DNA of 63,591 nt from an uncultured Candidatus Bathyarchaeia archaeon (GTDB lineage: Archaea > Thermoproteota > Bathyarchaeia > Bathyarchaeales > Bathyarchaeaceae), in NCBI GenBank assembly GCA_964347995.1, contig CAYGBA010000002.1, positions 1 to 63,591 of the forward strand. Direction: 5' to 3'. The notes below the pieces were generated by a model, which was not told the origin of the DNA, did not search any database, and worked only from the letters and a program-made list of their open reading frames with translations. Positions 62,004-63,591 of the stretch are shown one piece after another. Each line of letters opens with the position of its first letter. Within the stretch, counting starts at the first letter, position 1. The position numbers were made by a program, and so were the translations under genes.

Positions 62004-63591
62004 GTGAGAGTGAACAGGAAGATTGTTCTAGTCGCTTTTTTAGTCGTTTTGACAGCACTTAGTCAGCCATATGTAGCTCCAGTAGGAGCGGAAGCACACA
62101 CAAGCTCAGATGAGATCGGAGAGAGCAATGACCTTCTTCTTGCAGAAACTAGGTCGTTTGTAGAGGGCAGTGGAACCTATTTTGATATAACTAATAGCGA
62201 TTATCTTAACATCAGTTTAATGAGTAGTGAAATGGTCTACATGCTCTTGGAATCCGTCCCGAAGATGGTCAGTTTTATCATAGAAGGCGACAGCTCAGCA
62301 ACCTCAACCATTTTGAGCTTCACTGGCTTCCCACCTAACGCCACGTACTATCGATATCAAGACGGTAACTTAACAGAGAGCTTCACAACAAATTCTGACG
62401 GTAACTATAGCTACGCGCAAGACATTGCCAGTCCACATCACATATTCATTGCAGAAAACGCTACTACAATCTATATTCGACCTGACGGAACTGTTTATTC
62501 AGATACCGGTCAACCAGTACCTATTAGCGTAAGCGTGGTTGACGGCGTCTATACTTATTCCTTCACTAGCGACATCAGTGAAACGATCGTAGTGCAACGA
62601 AGTAACGTGGTAATAGAGGGGAATGGTTATACACTGGAGGGTTCTGGAAGCGGTAACGGATTCTATGTACGTTACATTAGCGATATGACTATAAAGAATG
62701 TAGTTATCAAAGGGTGGAGCTATGCAGTCGCGTTATACCGATCTAGCGATAACAACATTTCAGGCAACACCATCACCAACACCTGGGGGGGCATCCAGCC
62801 ACAGCAGTGTAGCGGCGACACTATCTCAGGCAACACCATCACCAACAACACATATGGCATCCGTCCTAGATACCGGTGTAGCGGCTACAACATTTCAGGC
62901 AACACCATCAACAACAGCGTCGGTGGCATCTACCTGTGGAATGCCAGCGGCAGCATTTCAGCCAATATCATCAACAACAGTAGCGCGTATGGCATCCACT
63001 TTGACACGTGCTACGGTAAGGGGGGCAACAACGTTTCAGGCAACACCATCAACAACAACAACCTAGGGGGCATCAGCCTGGCAGGTCCGTCTAGCGGTAA
63101 CAACATTTCAGGCAACACCATCAACAACAACGGCCGCAACGGCATCGCGTTATGGAAGTTCAGCCACAACAACAGCATTTCAGGAAACACCATACAAAAC
63201 AACAATCGGAATGGTATCTACCAATACAATTCTAGTGGCAACAACATTTCGGGTAACACGATACAAAACAACAACTGGGATGGCATCAGTATGGCAGGTG
63301 GGTCGAGCGGCAACAGCATTTCAGGAAACACCATACAAAACAACAACCAGAACGGCATCGTTCTTTGGGAGTCCAGCGGAAACATCATCCACCACAACAA
63401 TATCATCGATAACTCAAAGCAAGCCGTTGATACAGACCCAGCAGCTAACGATTGGCATCACCCTGACTTGTTGGAAGGAAACTACTGGTCTGACTATCCC
63501 GGTGTGGACGACGGAAGCGGCACGGGCAAGCACTCTATAGCTGGCGATGGCATAGGAGACACCAACATCCCTTGGCCAGCCACAGACTACG
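62004..63591 (+). CDS. partial CDS: secreted right-handed parallel beta-helix (PbH1/NosD-like) repeat protein, continues past right edge
   Basis: GTG 62004 (or 61995/62010) opens VRVNRKIVLVAFLVVLTALSQPYVAPVGAEA (signal). The frame stays open to 63591. About 10 coils of ~22 aa have consensus NNISGNTIxNNxxxGI. It is absent from the ORF track because no stop is reached. Confidence 0.8.
   Translation, partial: MRVNRKIVLVAFLVVLTALSQPYVAPVGAEAHTSSDEIGESNDLLLAETRSFVEGSGTYFDITNSDYLNISLMSSEMVYMLLESVPKMVSFIIEGDSSATSTILSFTGFPPNATYYRYQDGNLTESFTTNSDGNYSYAQDIASPHHIFIAENATTIYIRPDGTVYSDTGQPVPISVSVVDGVYTYSFTSDISETIVVQRSNVVIEGNGYTLEGSGSGNGFYVRYISDMTIKNVVIKGWSYAVALYRSSDNNISGNTITNTWGGIQPQQCSGDTISGNTITNNTYGIRPRYRCSGYNISGNTINNSVGGIYLWNASGSISANIINNSSAYGIHFDTCYGKGGNNVSGNTINNNNLGGISLAGPSSGNNISGNTINNNGRNGIALWKFSHNNSISGNTIQNNNRNGIYQYNSSGNNISGNTIQNNNWDGISMAGGSSGNSISGNTIQNNNQNGIVLWESSGNIIHHNNIIDNSKQAVDTDPAANDWHHPDLLEGNYWSDYPGVDDGSGTGKHSIAGDGIGDTNIPWPATDY
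62748..63410 (+). repeat. tandem ~66-nt coding repeats of the beta-helix gene
   Basis: Recurrent AACATTTCAGGCAACACCATCAACAACAAC-like units. These create the spurious alternative-frame ORFs at 62722-63066, 63211-63540, 63011-63205 and 63218-63406. Confidence 0.8.

Noticed and set aside
62722-63540. Four ORFs of 62-114 aa in alternative frames or on the other strand (62722-63066, 63211-63540, 63011-63205, 63218-63406)
   Set aside because: They are products of the tandem coding repeats of the beta-helix gene. The frame starting at 62004 is open throughout and gives a coherent signal peptide plus PbH1 repeats.

Overview
This window reads as a densely coded archaeal chromosome segment. Archaeal markers include archaemetzincin, an aCPSF2-type beta-CASP RNase, DUF373, an archaeosortase, an ADP-forming acetyl-CoA synthetase subunit, and tRNA genes with several introns at canonical and non-canonical positions. 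That intron pattern is typical of TACK/Thermoproteota-like lineages, but the exact taxon cannot be fixed by eye. All calls come from reading the ORF translations and the DNA; no searches were run.

Main blocks:
(1) 0-13.8 kb: housekeeping genes (YchF, UppS, MTAP, AcdB, aCPSF2, archaemetzincin). It also holds tRNA-Tyr(GUA), tRNA-Ala(CGC) and tRNA-Ala(GGC), plus a 26-bp copy of the tRNA-Ala(GGC) 3' end that brackets a 1.4-kb insert.
(2) 14.0-29.6 kb: a large heterodisulfide-reductase-type redox cluster. An ~11-kb minus-strand operon encodes an FrhB-like protein, split HdrA, MvhD-wHTH, fused double HdrA, MvhD, and FlxC/B/A-like FeS/flavin subunits. HdrCB lies nearby, a CoA-disulfide-reductase-like flavoprotein sits between them, and two stand-alone GcvH-like lipoyl carriers flank the cluster. 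No hydrogenase catalytic subunits are present.
(3) 33.15-36.5 kb: a tightly overlapped three-gene operon. It encodes a membrane zinc-ribbon protein, a DUF2207-like membrane protein ending in an alternating Cys-Ala tail (10 Cys in 21 residues), and a radical SAM/SPASM enzyme with an N-terminal PqqD/RRE-like domain. I consider this the best candidate for an undescribed system.
(4) 36.9-48.5 kb: regulators (PadR x2, Lrp/AsnC, wHTH), polyprenyl synthase, MFS transporter, ParA/MinD plus wHTH, an orphan CooC, CBS, THUMP and an NDP-sugar pyrophosphorylase.
(5) 48.5-55.4 kb: a visibly GC-richer island with AbrB-like and orphan genes and a UDP-diacetamido-sugar cassette.
(6) 55.5-63.6 kb: flippase, archaeosortase, a beta-propeller glycosidase-like gene, a giant polytopic membrane protein and a partial secreted beta-helix repeat protein.

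Several decayed genes are visible: a TrmO-like gene, a GT2 gene, a CoADR-like remnant and a possible DUF2148 remnant.
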